A DNA stretch of 64,000 nt from an uncultured Gammaproteobacteria bacterium (lineage in GTDB: Bacteria; Patescibacteriota; Patescibacteriia; 2-01-FULL-39-33). Shown here piece after piece: positions 36,890-47,112 of the stretch; within the stretch, counting starts at the first letter, position 1, and each line of letters opens with the position of its first letter. The position numbers and the translations under genes were made by a program. The notes under the pieces were generated by a model. That model did not search any database. It had not been told where the DNA came from and saw nothing but the letters and a program-made list of their open reading frames with translations. The stretch covers positions 28,001-92,000 of the forward strand of contig CAZLFP010000004.1 in the NCBI GenBank assembly GCA_964558935.1, written 5' to 3'.

Positions 36890-38579
36890 GAACCTTATAT
36901 TTAAAAGCTGTCTTATCCCAACCATCCAACAAAAAACCGGTCTTGTAACTGTATTTAACGGGCACATTGTCTATTAAATATTTTCTTTGAAAACGGTTAT
37001 TGATAAACCCTTGATCGGTTACTTCCCGAATAGAACCATTATCTAAGAAATAGATCGCTTCTGAACCGCGATACTGAATCAAAGAATAATTGGGATAATA
37101 CACTTCAGTAATGGCCGAATTCTTTTTGTAGTCGGTTTCAAAGGCTGGCTGCATTACGATCACCCTGTCCTCATAATCCGAGCCAAAAATCTCAGCGGCC
37201 AAATCCTCAGCAATATTCTGTATCACTCCTCCGGTATTCACAATATACAGTTTAGGGCTGTTGGAATATTTAATCAGGTTGGTACCCGGTCTGATTCTAA
37301 TATTATCCCCCACTTCCAGACTGTCAAATTGAGACTGAGTAATTAATGCAATGGGCTGAGCCGCCCAATTATTGCCATACCAGCTGAAAAAGACAAACTG
37401 GTTGGGAAAAAGATGTCGGATATTCTTAGTGTCAACATAATAGACAGCTGAGTCATTGGCCAGTTTAACTAATTTGCCCAGTTGAAATTGCATCTCCGCT
37501 TCCAAGCTTTGCTGAGCGTTTAAGCGGCCAGTACCCAAATCTTCCAAATATTCCGGATTCTTGTCGGAAATATCGTCCGTGTAGTTAACCACAGCTTCAA
37601 TCACCTGTTCAGAACCCAAGTCAGGATCTTTGGATTTAACCAGTGCGGCTACGCCTGAAACCAAGGCAGTTGAAAAAGAGGTGCCATTTAAATCGTAGGA
37701 GTAATAATCTGCAAAATTAGGTTGATCCGGATCATAATATCCCAAACTCATCAGTCCCTGACCGGGTGCTGTTAAATCAATACAACTGCCGTAATTGGCA
37801 AAAGCCGCCCTTACATCTTGACTATCCACGGCTGAAGCGGCAATGATGATATTATTTCCATCATTGTCTCCGCAGCAGGCTGGATAAGCGGGTAAAAAAT
37901 CCAAATCTATGCCATCATATGCATCCTGTGTCATATTGCCGGAAGAGGTAACAACCACCACATCCTGTCTGTGAGCCCATTCAATGGCTTCAGTAATATC
38001 TGAGGTAAAATCATAACCCACAATGCTTAAATTGATGATATCAGCTCCATTATTCACTGCGTATTCAATGGCTGAGATCAAGTCAGCCACATTGCCGTCT
38101 CCGACGTGATCCATGATTCTAATCGGCATAATTTTACTTTTAAAAGCCACGCCGGTAATACCTTTATTGTTATTAGCCACAGCTGCAATTAAGCCAGCCA
38201 ACGCGGTGCCGTGATTAATACTTGCAACGTTATAATTTTCCTCTATCTTAGGATTGGGATCGGCACTGTCGGTTAGAAAATCCCAGCCATGAACATCATC
38301 CACATAGCCATTTTGGTCGTTATCTATATTATCATCAGGTATTTCATCTTGATTAATCCAAATGTTAAATTCCAAATCTGGATGATCGATATCCACTCCG
38401 GAATCAATAATTGCCACTATTACTCCCTGACCTTGACTGATATCCCAAGCTTCTTCGATGTTTATTTGATCCAAATAGACCTGCTCCGGATAGAGAGGAT
38501 CTGAAGGTACATAGGCCAAAGCGACTATTGGCAAACTAAAAACCAGACAACCAATAACAAACGACAAGCTTTTTGTCAT
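36879..38579 (-). CDS. Secreted S8 subtilisin-like peptidase with C-terminal surface module
   Basis: Signal peptide; triad IDSG / NHGT / GTSFS; DNIDNDQNGYVDDVHGWDF loop. Confidence 0.92.
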   Translation of the reverse strand: MTKSLSFVIGCLVFSLPIVALAYVPSDPLYPEQVYLDQINIEEAWDISQGQGVIVAIIDSGVDIDHPDLEFNIWINQDEIPDDNIDNDQNGYVDDVHGWDFLTDSADPNPKIEENYNVASINHGTALAGLIAAVANNNKGITGVAFKSKIMPIRIMDHVGDGNVADLISAIEYAVNNGADIINLSIVGYDFTSDITEAIEWAHRQDVVVVTSSGNMTQDAYDGIDLDFLPAYPACCGDNDGNNIIIAASAVDSQDVRAAFANYGSCIDLTAPGQGLMSLGYYDPDQPNFADYYSYDLNGTSFSTALVSGVAALVKSKDPDLGSEQVIEAVVNYTDDISDKNPEYLEDLGTGRLNAQQSLEAEMQFQLGKLVKLANDSAVYYVDTKNIRHLFPNQFVFFSWYGNNWAAQPIALITQSQFDSLEVGDNIRIRPGTNLIKYSNSPKLYIVNTGGVIQNIAEDLAAEIFGSDYEDRVIVMQPAFETDYKKNSAITEVYYPNYSLIQYRGSEAIYFLDNGSIREVTDQGFINNRFQRKYLIDNVPVKYSYKTGFLLDGWDKTAFKYKVHDL

Positions 38580-38678
38580 AAATAAACTTCATGAATTATA
38601 CATTAATTTTACCTGATTTTGACTAAAAAGCAAAGGATTGATTTTTTTCTCAAAATATTGTATAAAATAGGTATCTTT

Positions 38679-40016
38679 ATGTCGGGATTATTAATTAAAA
38701 CTAAGAAATTCATACTTTTACTGGGTGATCTGGCTTGTTTATATTTGGGCCTGTATTTAACTTTAATGGCCAGATACGGCTATCCTGTAAATGTTTCAGA
38801 TTGGCAGCGACACCTAATTCCTTTTTCCCTGGTCTTTGGTGGTTGGTTAATGCTGTTTTTTATCAATGATTTTTACAATTTAAAAGTGAGCTACAACACC
38901 AATAATTTGCTCAACAAGCTGTTAAGCACCTTAATTATTGGTGGTATCATGGCCGTACTCTTATTTTATTTTGTGGGACCGCTGATCGACACCCTTAAAC
39001 CCCAAAGAGTGCTGCTGATTGATTTGGGCATTACTCTCCTGCTACTGTTTTTTTGGAGAAAAATCTTCTATAGATTTATCAAATCAGACAGTATTGTTAA
39101 CAGAGTACTGATTATCGGTCAGACACCGCTAAGCGAAAAGTTACTTAAAGAGATTAACAGACGACCTCAACTCGGATATAGAGCACAAATCATTGCTCAA
39201 GCTTCAAATGATCTGCCTTTTTATTGTTTAGAGAACAAAATAGACATCTTGATCAGTTCCTACGAATTAAAGAATCACCCCAATACGGCTGAAAGAATCT
39301 TTAAATGCTTGGCCATGGAAGTGGATGTGTATAACATTAACAACTTTTATGAGATAATTACCAACAGAATACCGGTGGAACATATTGATCATTCTTGGTT
39401 TTTGGAGAACTTATCCGAAAATTCCAAGAAATTGTATGAGATCATTAAAAGACTTACAGATGTAGTGTTGTCTATTATCGGATTAATTGCAGCTATTCCT
39501 TTAACACCTTTTATAGCTCTAATCATTAAATTGGAAAGTCCTGGTCCTGTTATTTTTAAACAGTACAGAATTGGGAAAAATGGTAAAAAATTCTTGGCCA
39601 TGAAATTCAGATCCATGACACAGGATTCAGAAAAAGAAGGTCCTAAGTGGACAACCCAAAATGATGCTCGGGTAACAAAATTTGGTAAGTTGATACGCAA
39701 AACCAGATTAGATGAAATTCCCCAGTTAATCAATATATTAAAAGGAGAAATGAGCTTTGTGGGTCCTAGACCGGAACAGCCAGAGTTTGTAGCTACCTTA
39801 AGTGAGCAGATTCCGTTCTACAAAGAAAGATTACTGGTTAGACCAGGATTGGCCGGTTGGGGTCAATTAAATGCACCCTGGCATGGTGCGTCCAAAGAGG
39901 ACTCTTTGGAAAAATTGGAATTTGATCTGTATTACATTAAAAACAGATCACTCTTTTTTGACTTTTTAATCCTACTTAAAACCATTCGAGTCGTTTTCAT
40001 GAGGAAGGGACAATAA
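38679..40016 (+). CDS. Undecaprenyl-phosphate glycosylphosphotransferase (WcaJ/WbaP-like priming enzyme)
   Basis: KR..D, KFRSM, D.RVT.FG..IRKTRLDE.PQ..N.LKGEMS.VGPRPE, DLYYI. Confidence 0.93.
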   Translation: MSGLLIKTKKFILLLGDLACLYLGLYLTLMARYGYPVNVSDWQRHLIPFSLVFGGWLMLFFINDFYNLKVSYNTNNLLNKLLSTLIIGGIMAVLLFYFVGPLIDTLKPQRVLLIDLGITLLLLFFWRKIFYRFIKSDSIVNRVLIIGQTPLSEKLLKEINRRPQLGYRAQIIAQASNDLPFYCLENKIDILISSYELKNHPNTAERIFKCLAMEVDVYNINNFYEIITNRIPVEHIDHSWFLENLSENSKKLYEIIKRLTDVVLSIIGLIAAIPLTPFIALIIKLESPGPVIFKQYRIGKNGKKFLAMKFRSMTQDSEKEGPKWTTQNDARVTKFGKLIRKTRLDEIPQLINILKGEMSFVGPRPEQPEFVATLSEQIPFYKERLLVRPGLAGWGQLNAPWHGASKEDSLEKLEFDLYYIKNRSLFFDFLILLKTIRVVFMRKGQ

Positions 40017-41296
40017 TGTTTAATCAAATCAATTCAATGTCTGTCATTCAAAAAATAAGAACTAAAGCTTATCATTTTTTGCGCTGGACAGAAAAGTGGA
40101 CTAAAACAGATATGATTTATTTGACCAAAGGAGGTTTTTGGTTGACAATTGGACAAATTTTTTCCGCCCTATCTTCCTTTATTTTGGCAATTGCTTTTGC
40201 CAACCTATTACCCAAAGAAACATACGGCAGTTACAAATATGTCCTATCTATAGCTGGCATTTTGTCTATTTTTACTTTACCCGGCATGGGTTCGGCTTTG
40301 GTAAGATCAATAGCCAGAGGCAATGACGGTTCATTTTTATTGGCTCTAAAAACTCGCATCAGATGGGGACTGTTGGGGGGTGCAGTCAGCTTGGGCTTGG
40401 CCGTCTATTATTTTATTAACCATAGTCAACTGGCTTTAGCTTTTCTGATTGCAGCCATTTTTATTCCCTTTTTGGATTCAATTGACTTATATCGTTTTCT
40501 ACTTCAAGGTAAAAAGAAATTTGATGTTTTATCAAAATATACAATCTATATCAAAATACTGGCCACCCTTGCAATTTTAGCGGCTGTTTTTTTTAGTCAG
40601 AACTTAGTCATTATTATTATCACCTACTTTTTAGCATATACTTCGCTTAGATATATTTTTCATAAAAAGTCACTGAATTATCTAGAAAACAACAAAACCG
40701 ACCACCAAACCGTTTCATTTGGCAAGCATTTAAGCCTGGTTGAAGCGATTAGTCGAGTCTCATTCAATGTCGATAAAATATTGCTTTGGCATTTTATAGG
40801 ACCGATTGAGGTAGCTCTGTATTCAATTTCCATAGCCATACCAGAACAAATCAAAGGCTTATTTATACATATCAGTACCTTGTCCTTGCCCAAACTATCC
40901 AACAAATCAACAACTGAAATCAAGAAAAACTTAGATTATAAATTAGGTATTTTATTTTTTATTTTTGTTACTATTTTTATAATTTACTACCTGCTAGCTC
41001 CTTGCTTCTTTAAGCTATTCTTTCCTCAATACTTAGATGCTATTGTATACAGCCAAATCTATTGTGCCATTGTGCTTATGATTCCCGCTGCTTATGTCTT
41101 TGGACCCATTCTAAAATCCCAACAGAAAACAAAGCTAATCTATATTACCAATATTAGCAAAAGTGTGGTATATTTTTCTTTATTGTTAATCTTAATCCTT
41201 CTTAACAGTATGAATATTACTAATCTCATCACTGTCAAACTCATATCTGAATTATTTTTTTTACTCATTAGATACGCTTATGTCAAAAGATTATAA
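40016..41296 (+). CDS. Wzx-type oligosaccharide flippase
   Basis: About 12 TM; LPKETYGSY, DK.LL..F.G...VA.Y. Confidence 0.85.
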   Translation: MFNQINSMSVIQKIRTKAYHFLRWTEKWTKTDMIYLTKGGFWLTIGQIFSALSSFILAIAFANLLPKETYGSYKYVLSIAGILSIFTLPGMGSALVRSIARGNDGSFLLALKTRIRWGLLGGAVSLGLAVYYFINHSQLALAFLIAAIFIPFLDSIDLYRFLLQGKKKFDVLSKYTIYIKILATLAILAAVFFSQNLVIIIITYFLAYTSLRYIFHKKSLNYLENNKTDHQTVSFGKHLSLVEAISRVSFNVDKILLWHFIGPIEVALYSISIAIPEQIKGLFIHISTLSLPKLSNKSTTEIKKNLDYKLGILFFIFVTIFIIYYLLAPCFFKLFFPQYLDAIVYSQIYCAIVLMIPAAYVFGPILKSQQKTKLIYITNISKSVVYFSLLLILILLNSMNITNLITVKLISELFFLLIRYAYVKRL

Positions 41297-42017
41297 AGCA
41301 ATTATTTTAGCAGCTGGCATGGGTATTAGGATGGGTGTTTTATCTGAAAAAATACCCAAAAACATGTTGCAAATTAAAAACAGAAGTATTTTGCACAATC
41401 AAATAACGCAACTCTACAATTGCGGTATTAGAAGTATCTATATTGTCATAGGTTACAAGAAAGAAGTGATTAAAGAATTCATTAACGGTATCCTCAGCAA
41501 CTACCCCGGCCTGAGCATTAACTTTATTGAAAATAAAATATATGATCAGACCAGTGCCATATACAGTCTTTGGCTGACAAAAGACATCTTAAGAAATAAC
41601 CATGCCCTGTATCTAAATGGAGACTGCTTTTTTGAATTCAACGTCCTCAAACAAATCATGGATTCCAACTATGAATCCTGCACCGCCATTATCAAAAATC
41701 AATACAATGAAGAACAAGTCAAGGTAACCATTAATTCAAATAATCGAATCATGGAAATCAGTAAAACCATACAACCAGCAAAAACAGACGGCGAGTTTGT
41801 GGGTGTCACCAAAATGAGTCATGCTTTTAACCAAAAACTCGTTATGGCACTGGATGAATTAATTGAGAAAGAAAATCAAATCAAGAAATTTGCCATTGAC
41901 TCATTTAATCTGTCAATTCAGAAATATCAAAATGAGATATATGCTGAATTCGTAGATAATTATCAGGTTATAGAAATTGATACCAAACAAGACTATGAAC
42001 AAGCTAAAAAATTTTAA
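41280..42017 (+). CDS. LicC-like nucleotidyltransferase
   Basis: AIILAAGMGIRM...PK, VIGYK, YSLW, NGD, GEFVG, EIDT..D. Confidence 0.85.
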   Translation: MSKDYKAIILAAGMGIRMGVLSEKIPKNMLQIKNRSILHNQITQLYNCGIRSIYIVIGYKKEVIKEFINGILSNYPGLSINFIENKIYDQTSAIYSLWLTKDILRNNHALYLNGDCFFEFNVLKQIMDSNYESCTAIIKNQYNEEQVKVTINSNNRIMEISKTIQPAKTDGEFVGVTKMSHAFNQKLVMALDELIEKENQIKKFAIDSFNLSIQKYQNEIYAEFVDNYQVIEIDTKQDYEQAKKF

Positions 42018-43140
42018 CAATAAACTGGCTAAATATCTAATAAGCTACCCGATTTACGGCCTATCGATTTTAATTCCTAAAAATCGATATAAAGCAATCT
42101 TTATTGGCTGGCATAAAGATGAGGAGTGTGAAATTTTTGCAGATAATACTAAATATCTTTTTTTATACATCAATAATCACCCTGAGTTTAACACAAAAAT
42201 TAAAACTGTTTGGATAGCTAAAGACAAACAATTAGCCCAAAAATTGAGAGAAAAGGATTTGATATCCTACCCTACTCATAGCCCGCTAGGTATCTATCAT
42301 TCACTAACCGCTCAATACGCCTTTATTGACGCTTATCTTACTCGAGAAAACGTTCAATACCTGGGAGGCGCCAAAATTGTTCAATTATTGCACGGTAAAG
42401 GTATGAAGAAAAAGGGCTACAATAAAAAGCAAAGCAGAAAGTATAATTACATTGTCTCCCCCTCTGATTTCATAACCGATGTCCTGCCGGATCATTTCAA
42501 GCAAGACAGTCAAATCATTCCAGGTAAATTCACCAGAAATTTATTGGCATATCAAGATCAAAAAAACAGTCAGATAGGCGTGGATGAAAAAATCTGGCTA
42601 CAACTCAAAAACAGTTCCAACCAATATAATGTTCTTTACGCACCAACCTTCAGGAGAAATGAGGTAGATTTCAAAATTCAAGACATCCTGGATCTAAATG
42701 AAAAAAAACTCAAAGATAATAACATTAACCTGTATATTGCATTACACCCCAAGCTTTTTTATATCAGCAGAGAAATCAAGTCAACAGGTAATATTCATTT
42801 CATTCATAACAGTGACCTATATCCTTTATTGAAATACTTTGACCTGCTAGTTACAGACTACTCTTCAATTTTTGTCGATTTTCTACTCTACAATAAACCA
42901 ATTGTCTTCTATGCTTATGATTATCAGGACTATACTTCCAACGAAGGTTTTTTAATTGATTACCAAAAAGAGACGCCTGGAGATAAAGTTTATCAGAAAG
43001 AAGAATTAATTGATTGTATCCTGGCCAATTTAAAGACAGACAACTATTCACTACAAAGGCAAGAAATTCTCAATAAGTATTTTGATCCTAATCTTCCTCC
43101 TACACCAGATAACTATCTGAAGAAACTTTTTAAGCTCTAA
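41995..43140 (+). CDS. CDP-glycerol glycerophosphotransferase family (TagB/TagF-like)
   Basis: ADNTKYLF, QLLHG..KK, LYAPTFR, LHP, LVTDYSSIFVDFL. Confidence 0.88.
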   Translation: MNKLKNFNNKLAKYLISYPIYGLSILIPKNRYKAIFIGWHKDEECEIFADNTKYLFLYINNHPEFNTKIKTVWIAKDKQLAQKLREKDLISYPTHSPLGIYHSLTAQYAFIDAYLTRENVQYLGGAKIVQLLHGKGMKKKGYNKKQSRKYNYIVSPSDFITDVLPDHFKQDSQIIPGKFTRNLLAYQDQKNSQIGVDEKIWLQLKNSSNQYNVLYAPTFRRNEVDFKIQDILDLNEKKLKDNNINLYIALHPKLFYISREIKSTGNIHFIHNSDLYPLLKYFDLLVTDYSSIFVDFLLYNKPIVFYAYDYQDYTSNEGFLIDYQKETPGDKVYQKEELIDCILANLKTDNYSLQRQEILNKYFDPNLPPTPDNYLKKLFKL

Positions 43141-44251
43141 TACAGGCTTCAAAGAGTTCCTGATATTTTCTGACATTCTCTGGCATATCAAATTTTTTAA
43201 CGCTGTCCTGGCAATTCTGGGACATCACTGAATAATTTATACCGCCAATTTTTTTAATCGCATCGATCACTGCCTCTTGGCTAAAATCTTGAATATAAAA
43301 ACCATTATAGCCGTCTATCAGCAATTCATCCGTACCGGGTGTTTTTGTGGATAATAAGGGTAGACCAAAAGCTAGGGCTTCCAAATAGGCGTTGCTTAAA
43401 CCTTCTCTTAAGGAAGTGGAGATGTAAAAATCGGATATAGATAAATATTCATAGACTTGGTCTTTGGGCAAACCGCCTAAGAAAATAACATTGGGATGCT
43501 TCGGTAAATGATCAATATTGCCATCTCCAATTATGAGCAACTTGTAATTATCTTTGATCTTACACACCTCAATAAATGAATCGATCAGTAACTTATGATT
43601 TTTAAACTTATTAATTCTAGCCACGCAGACAAACACCACATCTGTCTCATTTAATCCAAAATCTGTTTTTTTCTTGACTGTCTGATATTGAAAAATATCT
43701 CTTAAATTGACTCCGTTATGAATAACAGTAAACTTTGCTGGCTCAATTCCAGACTGTTCAATCGTTTTTTGTTTAACGGTTTCAGAGACGGCCACTATCT
43801 TATATGATAACCCGGCCAAAACTCTATCCAGCCACAATTGAAATTTAGTTTTATCCGAGTAATAATTATTCTCTCGAGTAATTATCTTATACCGATAAAT
43901 AATACTCAACACTCGAAATAACTTATTGGCAGAATACATACTTGAGACAACTATATCCAATCTTTCTCTGCCTAAATACCTCATTAATCTTATTAATTCC
44001 GGTATCTTCTTCAAAAAACTGGCATTTAAGTGAAACTTTTTAACTTTAATCTGCGGAGGAAGTTTATCAAAAAAATCCTGCTTATTTGGATAGTCAAACA
44101 AAGTTATGAGATAGATATCATATCTTTGATAATTAAAATAATTTAATTGTTCCAAAAAATGACTTTGAATTCCGCCAATTAAAAAACTGGGCATCGCAAA
44201 GGCAATTTTTATCTTTTTCAGACTTTCACTACTTCCGGTCCATTGTTCCAT
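43130..44251 (-). CDS. Glycosyltransferase family 4
   Basis: GGI, IHNGV, ARI...KN, EGLSNAYLEA. Confidence 0.9.
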   Translation of the reverse strand: MEQWTGSSESLKKIKIAFAMPSFLIGGIQSHFLEQLNYFNYQRYDIYLITLFDYPNKQDFFDKLPPQIKVKKFHLNASFLKKIPELIRLMRYLGRERLDIVVSSMYSANKLFRVLSIIYRYKIITRENNYYSDKTKFQLWLDRVLAGLSYKIVAVSETVKQKTIEQSGIEPAKFTVIHNGVNLRDIFQYQTVKKKTDFGLNETDVVFVCVARINKFKNHKLLIDSFIEVCKIKDNYKLLIIGDGNIDHLPKHPNVIFLGGLPKDQVYEYLSISDFYISTSLREGLSNAYLEALAFGLPLLSTKTPGTDELLIDGYNGFYIQDFSQEAVIDAIKKIGGINYSVMSQNCQDSVKKFDMPENVRKYQELFEACIRA

Positions 44252-44261
44252 ATAATTTAAA

Positions 44262-46115
44262 TTATTTTAACAGATTACGATACCAAATTTGGAAAGTCAA
44301 GAGAGACCAAAGAATATTGAGATGATACTGTTTTCTTTCCACATGTTCTGAATATAGCTTATCGATTTCTTGAAAATTAAAATATTCTCTTGTCTGTTCA
44401 TTGTATTTCTCAGACAAGACTTGTCTGGCATAGTCTTGAAAATCCGGCTGTCTTAACCATTTAGCAGCCGGAGAAAACCAACCGCTTTTAGGTTTATTAT
44501 ATACTTCATCCGGCAAGTAGTCTCGAACAGCTTCTTTGAATACATATTTACCTTGATCAGCATTATTTATTTTAAATCTCTTGGGTATTTTCATGGATAA
44601 ATCAACCAAGTCATTATCCAACATCGGAACTCGCAATTCTAATCCATGTGCCATTGAACTGGTATCTGATATGGAAAAAGCCTGATCAACCAGCCAACTC
44701 TGGATATCTACTATCATCATTAAATCAGTATAATTCATACTTTGACCTTTAAAATATTTCTGATAAAAATGATCTTTGGCTTGCTCTGATTTATTATACC
44801 CGCTATTCAAATAACGCCGTATGATATTTTCCTTCTGTGATCTAAAATTCCAATACAATTCTAAAGCGGAATCTGAATTTATCTTTTCATATACGTGATC
44901 TTTTTTTAGAAGCTTAAAAAAATGTCGGCTAATATAATTTTTTCTCAACGGAGCCGGTATCTTTTGAATCTTGTCAATGATGTCAAAATAATAATATCTG
45001 GCATAACCACCAAAAACCTCATCTCCGCCATCCCCGCTTAAAACCACATCCACTTGTTCTTTTGCCATCTTTGAAAGCAAATACATAGAAATTTGAACAT
45101 GATTTGAGACTATATCATTCATATGATAAACAGCATGGTCAAAATTTTCTATCATATCACTTGATTTAACGAATAACCCATAATGATCCGTGGAATAAAA
45201 GTGGCTGGTTTTTTGAGCTATGTCGTGGTCACTATTATATTTATCAGCTTTTTCCTGAATATCATACCAAACACTGAATGTTTTGATTTTACCACCCAGC
45301 TGTTTGTGCATTGACCCTAGAATTGCAGTCGAATCAATACCTCCACTCAAAAAGAGTCCAACCGGCTTATCTGAAATTATTTGCCTTTCTACCGCTTTAT
45401 CAAAACACTCTCTCACCATCTTCTTTGCAGTCTGATAATTATCAATGACCGGATAATTTCTTTGTAGACTATAATATTTCTTGATTTCTAAACCAGACTC
45501 GGATAAAATCAAATAATGACCGGGACTGACTTTCTTAATACTGCGAAAAATTGTCCTGGGACCATCTATGTATGAAAAACGCAAATAAAGATTTAAAGAT
45601 ACACCATCAATTTCTTTTTTTACAAAATCATGTAAAAGAAGACACTTCATTTCTGAAGAAAAAACAAACCTAGCTCCATCCCAATAGTAAAAAAGAGGCT
45701 TAACTCCAAATCGATCTCTAGCTAAGAATAATTGCTTTTTCTCTAAATCCCATATAGCAAAAGAAAAAATGCCTTTTAGTTTTGCCAACATATCTTGCTG
45801 GTAATTCTGATACAAAGCTAATAAAACTTCAGTATCCGAATTAGAATTAAACACATATTTATCTTTCAATTCTTGCCTGAGTTCCTGGTAATTATATATT
45901 TCACCATTAAAAACAATTACCTGTTTCTGATCATTACTCAGCATTGGCTGATGACCAGCTGAGCTTAAATCCAAAATTGACAAACGAGTATGGCCGAGCG
46001 AAACCTTAGAATCTAAAAAGATGCCGTCATCATCAGGACCACGATATTTTATTTTTTGATTCATTTTCTGAATCATATTTTCGTCGCAGAAATTAAAACC
46101 GTTTATGCCGCACAT
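44262..46115 (-). CDS. asnB: Asparagine synthase-like glutamine amidotransferase (polysaccharide-associated)
   Basis: MCGI, RGPD, RLSILDL, FNGEIYN, LSGGIDS, SGDGGDEVFGGY. Confidence 0.93.
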   Translation of the reverse strand: MCGINGFNFCDENMIQKMNQKIKYRGPDDDGIFLDSKVSLGHTRLSILDLSSAGHQPMLSNDQKQVIVFNGEIYNYQELRQELKDKYVFNSNSDTEVLLALYQNYQQDMLAKLKGIFSFAIWDLEKKQLFLARDRFGVKPLFYYWDGARFVFSSEMKCLLLHDFVKKEIDGVSLNLYLRFSYIDGPRTIFRSIKKVSPGHYLILSESGLEIKKYYSLQRNYPVIDNYQTAKKMVRECFDKAVERQIISDKPVGLFLSGGIDSTAILGSMHKQLGGKIKTFSVWYDIQEKADKYNSDHDIAQKTSHFYSTDHYGLFVKSSDMIENFDHAVYHMNDIVSNHVQISMYLLSKMAKEQVDVVLSGDGGDEVFGGYARYYYFDIIDKIQKIPAPLRKNYISRHFFKLLKKDHVYEKINSDSALELYWNFRSQKENIIRRYLNSGYNKSEQAKDHFYQKYFKGQSMNYTDLMMIVDIQSWLVDQAFSISDTSSMAHGLELRVPMLDNDLVDLSMKIPKRFKINNADQGKYVFKEAVRDYLPDEVYNKPKSGWFSPAAKWLRQPDFQDYARQVLSEKYNEQTREYFNFQEIDKLYSEHVERKQYHLNILWSLLTFQIWYRNLLK

Positions 46116-46144
46116 AGAGTAATGAATAATTTTTAAAATTTTTC

Positions 46145-46777
46145 TTATTTCTTAAGTATAAAAAAATATCCCAACGCAAATCTTTTACTGGCTTTTGGCC
46201 TTAATTTTAAATAGATCTTGTCCAGAAAATAGTAAAATGGGAAGATAACTATCCTAGATATCTTAGGCATTGAAAAAAGAATAGTGTTAAAGTTGACATA
46301 AAAGGGTCCGCCACCAATTTCCTTGATGTCTATATCTTTAAAACCGGCTTCCGAAAAAATCTTGTCTAACGCTTCGGCTGTATATCTGAAATAATCATGT
46401 GGATCAGGATGATAGTTTACTAAAAAAGGAACAAACCCCAACACAACACCATTTTTTTTCAACACCCGATATGCTTCATTCACCACAAAACGATAATTAT
46501 AGATATGCTCTAAAATATTGAAAAGTAATATTTGATCTAGACTGGCATCATGATACGGCAAACGATCTTTTTCCAGATTATAATCAGGAATAGTCTCAAA
46601 ATCAATGATATTGAAAGTGTTCAATTGACCGGTGTTAAATAACTTTACATAACTGGGTTTCTTTCCTCCTCCAATATCCAAAACATCACCGCTTAAAGAA
46701 TGTTTAGCGATTTCAGTGTTCATCAGTAGTCTAGCTAAACTTTTATTCTGATTAAGACCCTTTAGAATACTGAACAT
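46145..46777 (-). CDS. Class I SAM-dependent methyltransferase
   Basis: VLDIGGG, NILEH, H.DP.DYFRYT; start reassigned to MFSILK. Confidence 0.85.
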   Translation of the reverse strand: MFSILKGLNQNKSLARLLMNTEIAKHSLSGDVLDIGGGKKPSYVKLFNTGQLNTFNIIDFETIPDYNLEKDRLPYHDASLDQILLFNILEHIYNYRFVVNEAYRVLKKNGVVLGFVPFLVNYHPDPHDYFRYTAEALDKIFSEAGFKDIDIKEIGGGPFYVNFNTILFSMPKISRIVIFPFYYFLDKIYLKLRPKASKRFALGYFFILKK

Positions 46778-46779
46778 AT

Positions 46780-47112
46780 TTATTTGTTTAAGATAAAAAA
46801 ATGATGATAAGGCATGTGAAGGGTTACGCAAATTTTTTTAATGACAATAAATATACCATCTTTTAGGGGCATATTTTCAACACTTCCAACTATATCCGGA
46901 TTTAGATCCGTATCAATATCTAAAGTGGTGCATGTGTAGCGAGTATTAACTTTAAGATAATTTGAGACTACTGAATCGCCCACTCCAATTAATAAAATAT
47001 TTTGAGGCTTAAGTCTGTCAATAGATTCCAGTTGGTACCAGTAACTTGCCCATCTTCCAAATTTACAGTACTTGCTAAAATCGTAATGTTTTTTATCAAC
47101 TTGTTTTTCCAT
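46780..47112 (-). pseudogene. SAM methyltransferase, apparently with an internal in-frame deletion
   Basis: N-terminal RWASYWYQ..IGVG..DID.DLNPD.VGSV..MP joined directly to a C-terminal-type PYHHFFILNK; only 110 aa. Confidence 0.6.

Noticed and set aside
38580-38678. Specific divergent promoters for the S8 peptidase and priming transferase (likewise 57135-57293)
   Set aside because: Promoters probably exist, but several AT-rich -10/-35 candidates fit poorly and none could be singled out
44262-46115. Housekeeping asparagine synthesis or lasso-peptide cyclase
   Set aside because: Embedded among GTs with an intact glutaminase Cys; no precursor peptide or B protein; glycan amidation is more likely
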